Assembly (NCBI RefSeq): GCF_001194135.2
Contig: NC_068984.1
Span: forward strand, 124,448,735 to 124,487,439
Direction: 5' to 3'
DNA length: 38,705 nt
DNA from: Octopus bimaculoides
Lineage: Eukaryota
The notes under the pieces are model-generated. The model did not search any database, was not told the DNA's origin, and saw only the letters and a program-made list of their open reading frames with translations. Each line of letters begins with the position of its first letter. The first letter of the stretch is position 1. Positions 24,079-36,783 of the stretch are shown piece after piece. A program made the position numbers and the translations under genes.

Positions 24079-25040
24079 AATGTTAGACCCGCAGCAAACA
24101 AGTTGATGTAGACCAGAAGCACACCCATCAGTGGGTATGGAGCTCAGGGCTAAAGGCAGAGAGTGAAGGTTTTATCCTGACTGTCAAGATCAGAACTTAC
24201 TGACTCGGAACTATCAAACCAATGTAAAGAAAAATGGTGTGAACCCAAAGTGCCGATACTGCAACGATGGGATAGAAACAGTTGACCACCTAATCTCTGA
24301 ATGTAAAATTTTAGCACCTATAGAGTATAAATCAAGACATGACAGCTTTAGCCAATATCCGCATTGGATAACGTGTCGGCATTATAAAATTAAAACTGCT
24401 GATACATGGTACAAGCACCACCCTGAGGCTGTAACTGAGGGAGAAAATGTAACGATTATTTTGGGACTTCTCAATACATACAGATCAGATCATTAAGGCA
24501 AATAAACCAGATATTGTTATGAAAGATAAAAGCAATAAAGTCTCTTTATTCATTGACATGAGCATACCCTGTGACCATAATATCTCAGCAAACGAATTTG
24601 AATAGCTCAGAAAATATAAGGATCTGCTAATCGAAATCGAAAAGATGTGGCATCGCAAGACAGTTACAATACCAGTGATTGTAGGAGCACTTGCAATAAA
24701 AAGTATTTAAGAATGATCCCTGATTTACAATCCATGCAGAAATTGCAAAAGATTGTCTTAACTGGTCACACGTACTGAGAAGAGAATTGTCGCAGTAAAT
24801 TTTCTTTCCTTTCTGCTCCCTTTTATTTGTTTACTTTTCTATTTTTTTCCTTTTTCTCTCTACTTTCCCCTTTTTATCTATCACATAACTCTGTAAGTGA
24901 ACAATCTGGTGTGCTTGTTTTTATGGCCTACCAATGTATACAGTACGTTTCTCTGCCCTAGGTGTCAGGAAGAAACTCGGCAAGAAATTGAAACAGAATT
25001 GAAAGAAGATGCATATAAAAATGATAATAGTAATATTAAT
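24079..25040 (+). mobile_element. R4/Dong-like LINE 3' part: CCHC knuckle, RLE endonuclease, 3'UTR and degenerate (TAA) tail
   Basis: HQW...SSGLKAESEGFI, KCRYCNDGIETVDHLISEC (CCHC), WYKHHPEAVTEGENVT, NKPDIVMKD...FIDMSIP (PD-D), KYKDLLIEIEKMW, IPVIVGAL, stop at 24796-24798. Frameshifted. Confidence 0.9.
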
Positions 25041-25044
25041 GATT

Positions 25045-25690
25045 TCATTTATTTGTCACAAGGGTGAAGGATGACGGGACAATACAAAAACAGACATAAA
25101 GTAAGGTGGCGGGGTTTATATATGATGGAATGATAAAAGAATGCCCTCTCCAATTCCTTCTCTCCGACTCACAGGTCTACACTTAGAGCGGTACCATCCA
25201 CTCTTGCCATTTTCGCATCTTTCACCCACCTTTCAATAAACTCACTCGAGGACAGCACTTCCCTCTCCACTCTCAATTTCCTTTTCAATGAGCGCTCTAC
25301 CAAAGAGGAATGTATTTGTCCCTATGCCTTTCAGTCTTGTTCACCAAACAACCTCTTTCGTCACAGCCAACAGGCAAAGGAAAGCAGCATTGCCTGCCCG
25401 ATAGAAAGAGGTCGGCGGTGCAATCATCACTACAGACTNNNNNNNNNNNNNNNNNNNNNNNNNNNNNNNNNNNNNNNNNNNNNNNNNNNNNNNNNNNNNN
25501 NNNNNNNNNNNNNNNNNNNNNNNNNNNNNNNNNNNNNNNNNNNNNNNNNNNNNNNNNNNNNNNNNNNNNNNNNNNNNNNNNNNNNNNNNNNNNNNNNNNN
25601 NNNNNNGCAGCCTTGCCTGCCCGATAGAAAGAGGTCGGCGGTGCAATCATCACTACAGACTGACTCGGCTGATAGACGGATCCGTCCCAC
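25045..25690 (-). mobile_element. Tx1/L1-like LINE ORF2 C-terminus and 3' end (interrupted by an N-gap)
   Basis: Minus: VGRIRLSAESVVMIAPP...AFLCLLAVTKEVVW*TRLKG...KRKLRVEREVLSSSEFIERWVK...VDL*, then AATAAA near 25050. The clade assignment is from recalled C-terminal similarity. Confidence 0.6.
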
Positions 25691-26037
25691 AATAATAATA
25701 AAATCAAAACTGCTGACAAATGGTACAAGCACCATCCTGAGGCTGTAACTAAAGGAGAAAATGTAACGATTCTTTGGGACTTTCCAATACATACAAACCG
25801 GACCATCACAGCTAATAAACCAGATGTTGTGAAAGACCAAAACAATAAAATCTGTTTATTGATGAACATGAGCATACCCTGAGATCATAATATCTCGGCA
25901 AAAGAATTTGATAAGCTCAGAAAATATAAAGATTTGTTGATTGAAATCAATAAAGTGTGGCATCTCAAGACGGTTACAATACCAGTGATTGTAGGAGCAC
26001 TTGGAATGATCATGAAGGAAGTGCAAAAAAAATTGCA
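25691..26037 (+). mobile_element. Second R4/Dong-like RLE fragment, 5' junction at (AAT)3
   Basis: KIKTADKWYKHHPEAVTKGENVTILWDFPIHTNRTITANKPDV...KYKDLLIEINKVWHLKTVTIPVIVGALGMI. It is a diverged paralogue of 24385-24700. Confidence 0.9.
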
Positions 26038-27146
26038 TGTGTGTGTATGTGTATCTATATATATGCATATAAACAAGTACATACATACATACATACATAC
26101 ATACATACAAACGTACATACATACATAAAGGTATATATATGTGCGAGCACGCACGCCCTCGTACATACTCACGCACATAGAGTTAGAAGTAATTNNNNNN
26201 NNNNNNNNNNNNNNNNNNNNNNNNNNNNNNNNNNNNNNNNNNNNNNNNNNNNNNNNNNNNNNNNNNNNNNNNNNNNNNNNNNNNNNNNNNNNNNNNNNNN
26301 NNNNNNNNNNNNNNNNNNNNNNNNNNNNNNNNNNNNNNNNNNNNNNNNNNNNNNNNNNNNNNNNNNNNNNNNNNNNNNNNNNNNNNNNNNNNNNNNNNNN
26401 NNNNNNNNNNNNNNNNNNNNNNNNNNNNNNNNNNNNNNNNNNNNNNNNNNNNNNNNNNNNNNNNNNNNNNNNNNNNNNNNNNNNNNNNNNNNNNNNNNNN
26501 NNNNNNNNNNNNNNNNNNNNNNNNNNNNNNNNNNNNNNNNNNNNNNNNNNNNNNNNNNNNNNNNNNNNNNNNNNNNNNNGTGCAAAAAAAATTGCATGTG
26601 TGTGTATGTGTATCTATATATATGCATATAAACAAGTACATACATACATACATACATACATACATACAAACGTACATACATACATAAAGGTATATATATG
26701 TGCGAGCACGCACGCCCTCGTACATACTCACGCACATAGAGTTAGAAGTAATTACATACGCCTGATTACGTCACGTTAATTCGCTTTTCCTTTTAAATTC
26801 TGATCTGATAAATCAAAGAAAAAGACGTTCTAACCATGACTATCCGGATCAATTTTTACGTGTAGGAAATCCGGGATTACGTTATCCAACATGTCATTTC
26901 CATTTAAAAAATTTTTTAAATTTTTTATGAAGTTAGCATTTTAGTTGCGAGTGTCATAGCTGCTATTTCCAGCAGACTGAATAACCACTTCGAAGGCTTC
27001 ACTTCTGGCTCGCTTTTTCCTCTTCACTAGTTGTATATATAAGGTGTTCCATATACACCAATTAAACATGCATAGAAACGCAAATCAATTAGCGATAACT
27101 AATTGCCTACTACTAATATTACTACTACAACCACCACCACCACGAT

Positions 27147-27203
<57 letters not shown>

Positions 27204-28174
27204 CACTACTAGTTTGTTTATCATCAACATTGTTAGTCCCTTTGATGTAATTCTTCCGTGACTGCCAACTATGACAGTGGTGCTAACCTGCGTTGGCGAA
27301 CAGTTAGTGGTTATATCCGGTGGCTACGATTGGTGATGTGGTGATGAAGAGAACAGCCTATGCGTATGCGTGTACGCAAGTGTGTGTGTTGCATGTGTGT
27401 GTATATACGTGTGTGTGTGTGTGTGTGGTGCATGTGCGTGAATATGTGTGTGTATTGCTGCATATATTTGCATAGTATATAAATATGTGTGTGAGTGTAT
27501 TAGTGCGTATATTTGTATTGTGTATGTGCGTGAACACAGATATAAATACGAATTTGGATGTATGTATATATGTATGTGTCTATATAATATATTATAATAC
27601 AATATATATATNNNNNNNNNNNNNNNNNNNNNNNNNNNNNNNNNNNNNNNNNNNNNNNNNNNNNNNNNNNNNNNNNNNNNNNNNNNNNNNNNNNNNNNNN
27701 NNNNNNNNNNNNNNNNNNNNNNNNNNNNNNNNNNNNNNNNNNNNNNNNNNNNNNNNNNNNNNNNNNNNNNNNNNNNNNNNNNNNNNNNNNNNNNNNNNNN
27801 NNNNNNNNNNNNNNNNNNNNNNNNNNNNNNNNNNNNNNNNNNNNNNNNNNNNNNNNNNNNNNNNNNNNNNNNNNNNNNNNNNNNNNNNNNNNNNNNNNNN
27901 NNNNNNNNNNNNNNNNNNNNNNNNNNNNNNNNNNNNNNNNNNNNNNNNNNNNNNNNNNNNNNNNNNNNNNNNNNNNNNNNNNNNNNNNNNNNNNNNNNNN
28001 NNNNNNNNNNNNNNNNNNNNNNNNNNNNNNNNNNNNNNNNNNNNNNNNNNNNNNNNNNNNNNNNNNNNNNNNNNNNNNNNNNNNNNNNNNNNNNNNNNNN
28101 NNNNNNNNNNNNNNNNNNNNNNNNNNNNNNNNNNNNNNNNNNNNNNNNNNNNNNNNNNNNNNNNNNNNNNNNNN

Positions 28175-28290
28175 GAAGAAGAAGAAGAAGAAGAAGAAGA
28201 AGAAGAAGAAGAAGAAGAAGAAGAAGAAGAAGAAGAAGAAGAAGAAGAAGAAGAAGAAGAAGAAGAAGAAGAACAAGAACAAGAAGAAGA
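28175..28290. repeat. (GAA)n microsatellite (source of the poly-E, poly-L and poly-F pseudo-ORFs)
   Basis: Seen directly. Confidence 0.95.
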
Positions 28291-28451
28291 AAGGACACCA
28301 AAAACAACAACAATAATATTAAAGGTGGAAAAATAAAATGGTAGCTTACTACAATAACAGCGAGAAAATTGGCAACACCAATAAACGTTGAAACAACAGT
28401 GAAAGCCTGCATTAACAACAACAACAACAACAACAACAATTAATAGTAATC

Positions 28452-28498
<47 letters not shown>

Positions 28499-28962
28499 TA
28501 CAGCAATAGTAGCAGTTGTTGCAGGTGCCGAAGCATAATATCGGAAACAATAATGTCAACAAAATTTGTAGGTTCAATGTCCGCAAAAACAACAATTATA
28601 AGCGCAGCAACAACAGTGTTAGCAAGAAACTGTAAAAACTGCAGTTGTAACAGATACAGCAACAAAATTAACAGAGAGAACAGGAGTTTGTTATCGTGCT
28701 AAAAATACTTTCTTCTTTACTCCATGATCGAAATGAGACGAATGGGTGCAGCTCTTTGGATACTGACGATTTGGCACGGCTGATTGGATATTCAATCTTT
28801 TTTTTTTTTGGCGAATGTTAATTTCTTTTTTTTTTTTTTTTGCACCGAAAGCANNNNNNNNNNACACAAGCGTACGCAGAATTATACACATACAGATGGA
28901 AAGAGTGAGAGAGGGGGAGAGCGGGAGAGTGGGTGAGAGAGAGTGGGGAGAGAGTGTGGGGG

Positions 28963-29000
<38 letters not shown>

Positions 29001-29258
29001 AATTTATTAATTGAACAGCAGTAACAAGATAAGCAAAAGCAGCAGTAGCAATACCAACAATAAAAACAAAAATAATAACTAAGTTGTGAAAACGAGCCCA
29101 CGGTCAAGCAAACATTTGCTGTGATGACGGAACAGCTTGAGAAGGAGGGTATCACAGTTTGACATCTCAGCAGAGATATTGGCTGTTGCTGCACGGAGGA
29201 TGCGGGAGGCTTACTAGGTGTCGGTTAAAACCTGATGCCTAGAATCAGCGACACACAC

Positions 29259-29312
29259 CTGGGTAGAAAGCGCCCTGAACAATATAGCCAATAATCCGAT
29301 ACACGTGAACTT
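29259..29312 (-). CDS. Candidate 54-nt exon (all three frames open)
   Basis: TCTGTCATTTGTTCCAG| acceptor, CAG|GTGTGT donor, in a locally GC-richer unique segment. Confidence 0.25.
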
Positions 29313-29605
29313 CTGGAACAAATGACAGAAGCACGGCTTTTGAAATCGGTTTTTTCTCGGTACGGAAAGTTTACAATGAATGGATTCGTGAATTATTTAA
29401 AAGTACAACTGAAATATTTCTTGACGAGGGCTCCATGGGTTGGTGCAAATGCATCAGGTGACATGGAGGTTATGCTGGTAGTAAATTAGTATAGTGGGGA
29501 AAGTATTCTAGCAACAGATGCAATTTCAACAACCTATGTCAGTGAAAAAAAATTATGCCCCGTTTTACATTATTTTCAGCAGAACCCTAGTGAGTATGTG
29601 TGTGA

Positions 29606-29706
<101 letters not shown>

Positions 29707-29759
29707 AAAAGAGATAGATAAAGAGATAGATAGATAGATAGATAGATAGATATGATTAC

Positions 29760-29880
29760 CTGTCGAAGAGCGTAGGCTCGAAACGTCAAAGATTTTTCTA
29801 TTCTTCCCGAGCGTCAAACTACACCTGCTTGTTGTTTCCTCGTCTATCTTTGTCTTCTGTTTTCTGTAAATTTTAACTAT
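29760..29880 (+). mobile_element. Penelope-like element terminus with a degenerate minimal hammerhead ribozyme core
   Basis: CTGTCGA-A-GAGC-GTAG-GCTC-GAAAC-GTC, i.e. a CUGANGA core with one substitution, a 4-bp stem II and GAAA, followed by a T-rich PLE-like tail. Confidence 0.55.
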
Positions 29881-30309
29881 ATATGTGTGTGTGTATGTGT
29901 ATGTATGTATATATGCATGTATACTTATATGGTTAAGAATATATATACACACACACAGATATATACACAGAGATAGATAGATAGAGAAAGAGAGAGAGAG
30001 AGAATGTGTGTATGTGTGTATTTGTGTGTGTGAATGAGCGAGGGGTAGAGTGAGAAATTCATAAAGAGAAGTGATTTACATAAATTATTATATAATTAAT
30101 CGGTACGTTTGTATATTAAGATACTAGTACGTGCAATCGTACGCATTCACGATCCTCATGCACCATACACGCGCGCGCGCGTAAGCACGCACATGATTCA
30201 CTTAACATCATGAATCTCAAGATCTTTGTTGCTTAACCATCTGATGATTGCTATACATAAGTAGGATATGAAACTTGAAGTCGGGTGGTTAAGTGTTTGA
30301 CCATAACTA

Positions 30310-30391
<82 letters not shown>

Positions 30392-30624
30392 ACTATCTGT
30401 TTTATATATACGTATATATACATACCAAACTGAATCTAAAGCTTCTGTAGTTATTACATGCTTTAAATAATAAAATAATCGGTGTAAATCCGAAAATCTT
30501 TTGACTCAACAGGCACACTCACATATACATACATACATACATACATACATACATACATACATGTGATATCTCTTAGGTATAGTGATAGTAAATTGTTAAT
30601 AGTTAATATATTACACTTTGAATA

Positions 30625-30830
30625 AGGCAGAGCTGGCCGAATCCTTAGCACATCGGGCAAAATTTTTATGGCGTTTTTACTTTCTGAGTTCAAATACCAC
30701 CGGAGTCAACTTTACCTTACATCCTTTAGGACTCTATAAAATAAGTATCAGTTGAACACTAGGATCGACGTGATCAACTTAGGCCATTTTCTGAAACTGC
30801 TGTCCTTGTGCCAAAATTTCAGACCAATAT
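30625..30830 (+). mobile_element. SINE family A, degenerate
   Basis: AAGGCAGAGCTGGCCGAATCCTTAGCAC...GAGTTCAAATACC...CTTGTGCCAAAATTTC. Confidence 0.75.
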
Positions 30831-30919
30831 ATTTTCCGTTCGGGATTAAAGCGTTAGAAGAGCACAGCGTGTGATATCAAGTAAAGAGTGACAACACAGC
30901 ACAACAGGATTTACCTTAC

Positions 30920-31004
30920 CTAATCCTTTTCATTAGCAAACGCTTCCTTTTGCTGTGTGCTTGTGCAACATCCACGAGTTGCCTTGAAGTCATTGAAGTG
31001 CAGT
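30920..31004 (-). CDS. Best-supported host-gene exon (85 nt). Possible start ATG at 30993, giving MTSRQLVDVAQAHSKRKRLLMKRI; product unknown
   Basis: CTGTTTGTTTAACACAG| acceptor and TAG|GTAAGG donor. One frame is open through the donor, in non-repeat sequence. Confidence 0.45.
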
Positions 31005-31112
31005 CTGTGTTAAACAAACAGTTCAGAGAGCGCTGCTACTTCTAGAAGGAGCCGTATGCTAATGGAGTTGATGAAGTAATATCAGGTTCATTTATCATTT
31101 CGTGATACAAAT

Positions 31113-31157
<45 letters not shown>

Positions 31158-31930
31158 NNNNNNNNNNNNNNNNNNNNNNNNNNNNNNNNNNNNNNNNNNN
31201 NNNNNNNNNNNNNNNNNNNNNNNNNNNNNNNNNNNNNNNNNNNNNNNNNNNNNNNNNNNNNNNNNNNNNNNNNNNNNNNNNNNNNNNNNNNNNNNNNNNN
31301 NNNNNNNNNNNNNNNNNNNNNNNNNNNNNNNNNNNNNNNNNNNNNNNNNNNNNNNNNNNNNNNNNNNNNNNNNNNNNNNNNNNNNNNNNNNNNNNNNNNN
31401 NNNNNNNNNNNNNNNNNNNNNNNNNNNNNNNNNNNNNNNNNNNNNNNNNNNNNNNNNNNNNNNNNNNNNNNNNNNNNNNNNNNNNNNNNNNNNNNNNNNN
31501 NNNNNNNNNNNNNNNNNNNNNNNNNNNNNNNNNNNNNNNNNNNNNNNNNNNNNNNNNNNNNNNNNNNNNNNNNNNNNNNNNNNNNNNNNNNNNNNNNNNN
31601 NNNNNNNNNNNNNNNNNNNNNNNNNNNNNNNNNNNNNNNNNNNNNNNNNNNNNNNNNNNNNNNNNNNNNNNNNNNNNNNNNNNNNNNNNNNNNNNNNNNN
31701 NNNNNNNNNNNNNNNNNNNNNNNNNNNNNNNNNNNNNNNNNNNNNNNNNNNNNNNNNNNNNNNNNNNTATGTATATATGCATAAGTATATATGGAAATAG
31801 ATATATACACTCACATTTATAAACAATATATAGGCTAATAAATATAAACATATATGCTTATCTATATAAATACACACTCTCAAACACACACGGATATATT
31901 TTGTTATGTGCATGTATGTGCTTCTGTGAA

Positions 31931-31967
<37 letters not shown>

Positions 31968-32436
31968 TCCTTCACTCGCTAATAATAATAGGTTTGCCAC
32001 AAGGCAGTAAATGACAAAACAGTGTTTAGATAGAACAGGTTTAGGAGACCAAGCTGTCTATTTAAACCAGCTTGAACAACGAAATTGACGGTCTAGATAG
32101 AGTGATTCCAGAAGTACAAAACGGGATCTATTTTCTTATGCAACTGGGACCACACGCACATTTGCTAACGAAAACGAAACAATTCTGCATCGGTTTCATT
32201 CTGTGCGTGTGTGTATATATGTATGTATTTATATATAAATGGTATTTGTACAAATGAATACGCATATATTTCTACACGCAACCATTTATATATACACGAG
32301 CATATCATAATCACACATACGTGTATGTATTCTTGTGTGTGCATGCGTTTGTCTACATACACACTCATCCACTTACTTCAAACTGGGATGTGAATGTTGA
32401 TATCTTTTTCGTATGTATTATGAATATATATTTTGC

Positions 32437-32479
<43 letters not shown>

Positions 32480-33369
32480 CTTGCTCTCTCTCTCTCTCTT
32501 GCTCTCTCTCTCTCTCTTGCTCTCTCTCTCTCTCTCTTGCTCTCTCTCTCTCTNNNNNNNNNNNNNNNNNNNNNNNNNNNNNNNNNNNNNNNNNNNNNNN
32601 NNNNNNNNNNNNNNNNNNNNNNNNNNNNNNNNNNNNNNNNNNNNNNNNNNNNNNNNNNNNNNNNNNNNNNNNNNNNNNNNNNNNNNNNNNNNNNNNNNNN
32701 NNNNNNNNNNNNNNNNNNNNNNNNNNNNNNNNNNNNNNNNNNNNNNNNNNNNNNNNNNNNNNNNNNNNNNNNNNNNNNNNNNNNNNNNNNNNNNNNNNNN
32801 NNNTATATATATATATATATATATATGTATGAATCTATGCGCATGTGTTTACATATGCATAAATGCATTATTGTATACCTAAGATATCAAATTCGGATCC
32901 CAGTTTGAAGAGTGTATATGTTGTATGTATGTGTATGTGTATGTGTATGTCTCTTTGTGTACGCACGCGCGCGCTTTTATAATTGAGTACAGAAAGGAAG
33001 AGAAAAAGAGAAAGAGGCAATCATCAAGCGAAAATAAGAGAGAAAATGAGGGTGAAATTGAGAGAAAGGGAGGAAGAGAGAGGGGGAAAGAGAGAAAGGA
33101 AAGAAAGAAGACGGAGAGAAGAAAGAAAGGAAGAAAGAAAGAAAGGAATGAAGGAAGGAAAGTAGGAAGGGACTCTAAGTGCCATGCTATGCTAAGTGAC
33201 TGAATCCACGATACGAAATCAGACGGTGTATGTAGCTCTTAACATTTCTACCGTAAATTCCTTTTAATCTTATGATAGACACAACTGTTTCATTCCACTT
33301 TGTTTCTGTCATTCTATTAGATAGCCGTGCAAATTGCACTTAGTTTCGTTCAGACTGTCTTTATTTTTC

Positions 33370-33745
33370 TTGTTTCAGTAATTGGATCGCGGCCATGCTG
33401 GGGCATCTTTTTGAAGAATTTCCTCGAACGTATCGATGCCAATACCTAATCCTTATTAAGGCTGCAACTTCTTTTTTTTATCTGTTCCTTTTGATGAGCT
33501 GGTAATTTACGGGGAGGCAAACAAACCAATACCGGTTATCAACCAGGTGTGGAGCAAATGCAGACAAAATCACATCCCTCCATACACACTCACGCATTTG
33601 TACAGGAAGTTTCCACACCGTTTCTCGCTACCAAATTCACTCACGAAGCATTGGTCAGTGTGGAGCAATACGAGATGACACTTGCCCAAAGTGCTGCGCG
33701 CAAAAACTGAAGCCCTAAATGCAAGCTTTTCAGTCATGCTGCCAT
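33370..33745 (-). mobile_element. SINE family B, degenerate, near full length
   Basis: Plus strand shows ACCAAATTCACTCAC and GACACTTGCCCAA (reverse complement of the family B head/core) and GCGGCCATGCTGG...ACGGGGAGGCAAAC (3' part). Confidence 0.6.
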
Positions 33746-34173
33746 ACGTATGCTTGTACGTACATTGTAGATATATGGCTAGTATATAATGGACCAAGCG
33801 ACTAAATGATTAGCATGTACTACAGTGTTCGACTATCTTGGCATCATGTTTTTGCTATTGGTTGTAGATGTATGTCTGATCCTGGACAGATATTGACATT
33901 CTTCGATCCTACTCAACGACATGCAGAATTAAACGGCTGGAAAAGAGGAAGGGCTGCACCAAAAGCCAGTTGGTACGCATTGCAGCAACGTAACGTGGTA
34001 TGTATTCTACGTTACGAGGGCGTAAACACGCCAAAATTGGATGTAAAGCAGTGGTAGGGAACACACACTTCAACATATATATCAATCAAAGTAATTGCAA
34101 TTAATTTGGAATTTCATTGATTAATATATTGTTTTATACACAATCATACAAACTCGGGTGTATATATATATAC

Positions 34174-34242
34174 CCCCAAAATGAAGCAAGAACGCAACAG
34201 ACGACAATAAATCATTCGGACAGATAGCCGATACAAACCGGA
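34174..34242 (-). other. Candidate exon 2 (5'UTR or first coding) of the minus-strand gene
   Basis: Strong acceptor CTCTTTTTGATGTTTTTTTCAG| at 34243-34244, 145 nt from the GTAAGT donor at 34387. ATG at 34215 (MIYCRLLRSCFILG). The 3' boundary is uncertain because the donor GTATAT is weak. Confidence 0.35.
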
Positions 34243-34387
34243 CTGAAAAAAACATCAAAAAGAGGAACAGGAAAAAACGTCATTCACAACCTTCCCTCAT
34301 CAGTCAAGTATCCAAATCATCCTTAGGGTTTCACCCGGTTACACTTGAGACTGCCCGAATCTCGCTGGCCCCAAAATTCTAACTTAC

Positions 34388-34650
34388 GAGCATTAAGTTT
34401 TGGGAAGAAAGCAAGCGAATGTGTACGACAACAAAGACAAAAAAAAAAAACGCAGAAAATGTTACACAATTGCAAATACAAACAACAAGAAAACAGCGAC
34501 AGGTGTGATTCGACTAATAAAGACCAGTCCAGTTGAGCTGGTGTGTATAGAGTGAAAACCCTTGAGGCAGGAACATAACAGATGAACGTAAGGCAGTCGA
34601 GCCAAGAAAGAAAGATCATGCTTCGCCGAACACCGGTCACGTGGAAGGAA
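34388..34650 (-). promoter_or_regulatory. Candidate first exon and proximal promoter of the minus-strand gene
   Basis: CpG-retaining unique segment with a GTCACGTG E-box (CACGTG at 34638-34643) and a CTC|GTAAGT donor at 34387. Confidence 0.3.
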
Positions 34651-35156
34651 ATGAGAGTGGTAGGTGGAAGAGGAATTGAAGATTTAGGTGAAGAACGAGA
34701 AAGAGAGGAAATCGAAGGGACATAGATAAATGTAGAAGAGAGATAAACGAGGAGGGAAATGGGGGAGATTAAAGAAAGAGAAGGCCAAGAAATGTGAGAG
34801 ATGGGGAGCAAAAGAAAACAAAAGAGGAAAGAAAGAAGAAAGTATGGGGGGGGNNNNNNNNNNNNNNNNNNNNNNNNNNNNNNNNNNNNNNNNNNNNNNN
34901 NNNNNNNNNNNNNNNNNNNNNNNNNNNNNNNNNNNNNNNNNNNNNNNNNNNNNNNNNNNNNNNNNNNNNNNNNNNNNNNNNNNNNNNNNNNNNNNNNNNN
35001 NNNNNNNNNNNNNNNNNNNNNNNNNNNNNNNNNNNNNNNNNNNNNNNNNNNNNNNNNNNNNNNNNNNNNNNNNNNNNNNNNNNNNNNNNNNNNNNNNNNN
35101 NNNNNNNNNNNNNNNNNNNNNNNNNNNNNNNNNNNNNNNNNNNNNNNNNNNNNNNN

Positions 35157-35196
<40 letters not shown>

Positions 35197-35250
35197 AATA
35201 TTAAATCTCTGGGCGAGTGATAAACAGTTACAGTACGGAATCGTAATATA

Positions 35251-35596
35251 TATTTGCCAACTAAATGTGGCGGTCCTATAGAAGACGGTGCTACTGTTGT
35301 TTTCAGCCCCAGAAAGACTCCAGTTAACCAACGACACTAAGGATATAGTATTCTGCTAGTGGAATGAGTTCTTCATCACTAGCCAATGATTAACACACAC
35401 TGAAAACGGGTAACCACCCAGAAACTCGGGTCTGTGTGTATCACATAAGGCTAGAGATGGGAGTGATGACCTGTCTCGCAAATACTAATCGGACCCAGAC
35501 TGTGTGCCGTTGGTCAGCTGGGGGAGATGTCTCCCTGAGGCTAAAAACAACAGTACCATCGTCCTTTGTAGGACCGCCACATTTAGTTAGCAAATA
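35251..35596. mobile_element. MITE with long imperfect terminal inverted repeats in a TA context (Tc1/mariner-type TSD likely)
   Basis: Left end TATTTGCCAACTAAATGTGGCGGTCCTATAGAAGACGGTGCTACTGTTGTTTTCAGCC; right end reverse complement TATTTGCTAACTAAATGTGGCGGTCCTACAAAGGACGATGGTACTGTTGTTTTTAGCC. No internal ORF. Confidence 0.85.
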
Positions 35597-35611
35597 TATA
35601 TATATATATAT

Positions 35612-35651
<40 letters not shown>

Positions 35652-36783
35652 NNNNNNNNNNNNNNNNNNNNNNNNNNNNNNNNNNNNNNNNNNNNNNNNN
35701 NNNNNNNNNNNNNNNNNNNNNNNNNNNNNNNNNNNNNNNNNNNNNNNNNNNNNNNNNNNNNNNNNNNNNNNNNNNNNNNNNNNNNNNNNNNNNNNNNNNN
35801 NNNNNNNNNNNNNNNNNNNNNNNNNNNNNNNNNNNNCACACACACACACACACTTATACCCAATGAATACCTGAACACGTTTCTATGTATCTGTGTATGT
35901 TTGTGTGTGTGTATATCTATGCCTGTGTGTATAGGTATCTGTATGTATTTGTATGCCTATATATATGTATGTATGTATGTATATGTGTATGCCTATATAT
36001 ATGTATGTATGTATGTATATGTATATACATATCGTACATGTACGTATATATGTATTTCTAAACATAAATACATACACATACATTCCTTCATACATACATA
36101 CATTCATACAAACGCATGCGTACGTACATACATACATACATACATACATACATACATTCATACATACACACAATTTGTACACGCAACACACACCTGAACG
36201 GAAACGTCTGCTCTTGTTACATTTGGTATTCATACCGTTCGTGTAAGATTATTAAAGAAACTAAAGCGTCATGTCTCGCGCAATCTGCCGCCTGAGCTCG
36301 AGACATGTCCCCTTCATAAAAGGTAAAAGCGAATTGATTGCTGTGTTGACCCGTGACAAGCACCACCCAAGAGGGCAAAGACCCTAATCAGCTTAGCTCG
36401 TGCTTTTCCACTCGTGAACAACTTAAAACGAAACTAATATCGATGACACATGCTAATCATCAAAAACATCATTACCAATGATGAGAAAATTAACGGGGTA
36501 ATTAACCTAAACCGGATCTCTGTTTAGATTGTAATTATTTCATGGATATCTACTTTTCTCCCATTTAAGACCAACTCGCATGGAAAAAAAGGCACGCGTG
36601 TATATACATATTTGTTTGTGCGTATGTACATAAATGTTGGTGCGTGTGTATGAATCCTTGTATTCCTACATACACATACATACATAGATACAAACATACA
36701 TACAAACATATATATATACTTAAGTATGTATATATATATATATATATATATATNNNNNNNNNNNNNNNNNNNNNNNNNATATA

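Noticed and set aside
26020-26755. Identical block of about 175 bp on both sides of the gap (about 26020-26194 and 26580-26755); likewise about 25385-25437 and 25612-25660
   Set aside because: Exact duplicates that end at gap edges are typical of unmerged contig overlaps in scaffolding.
36270-36307. 9-bp stem CATGTCTCG/CGAGACATG with a 20-nt loop
   Set aside because: It is short enough to occur by chance and has no associated feature.
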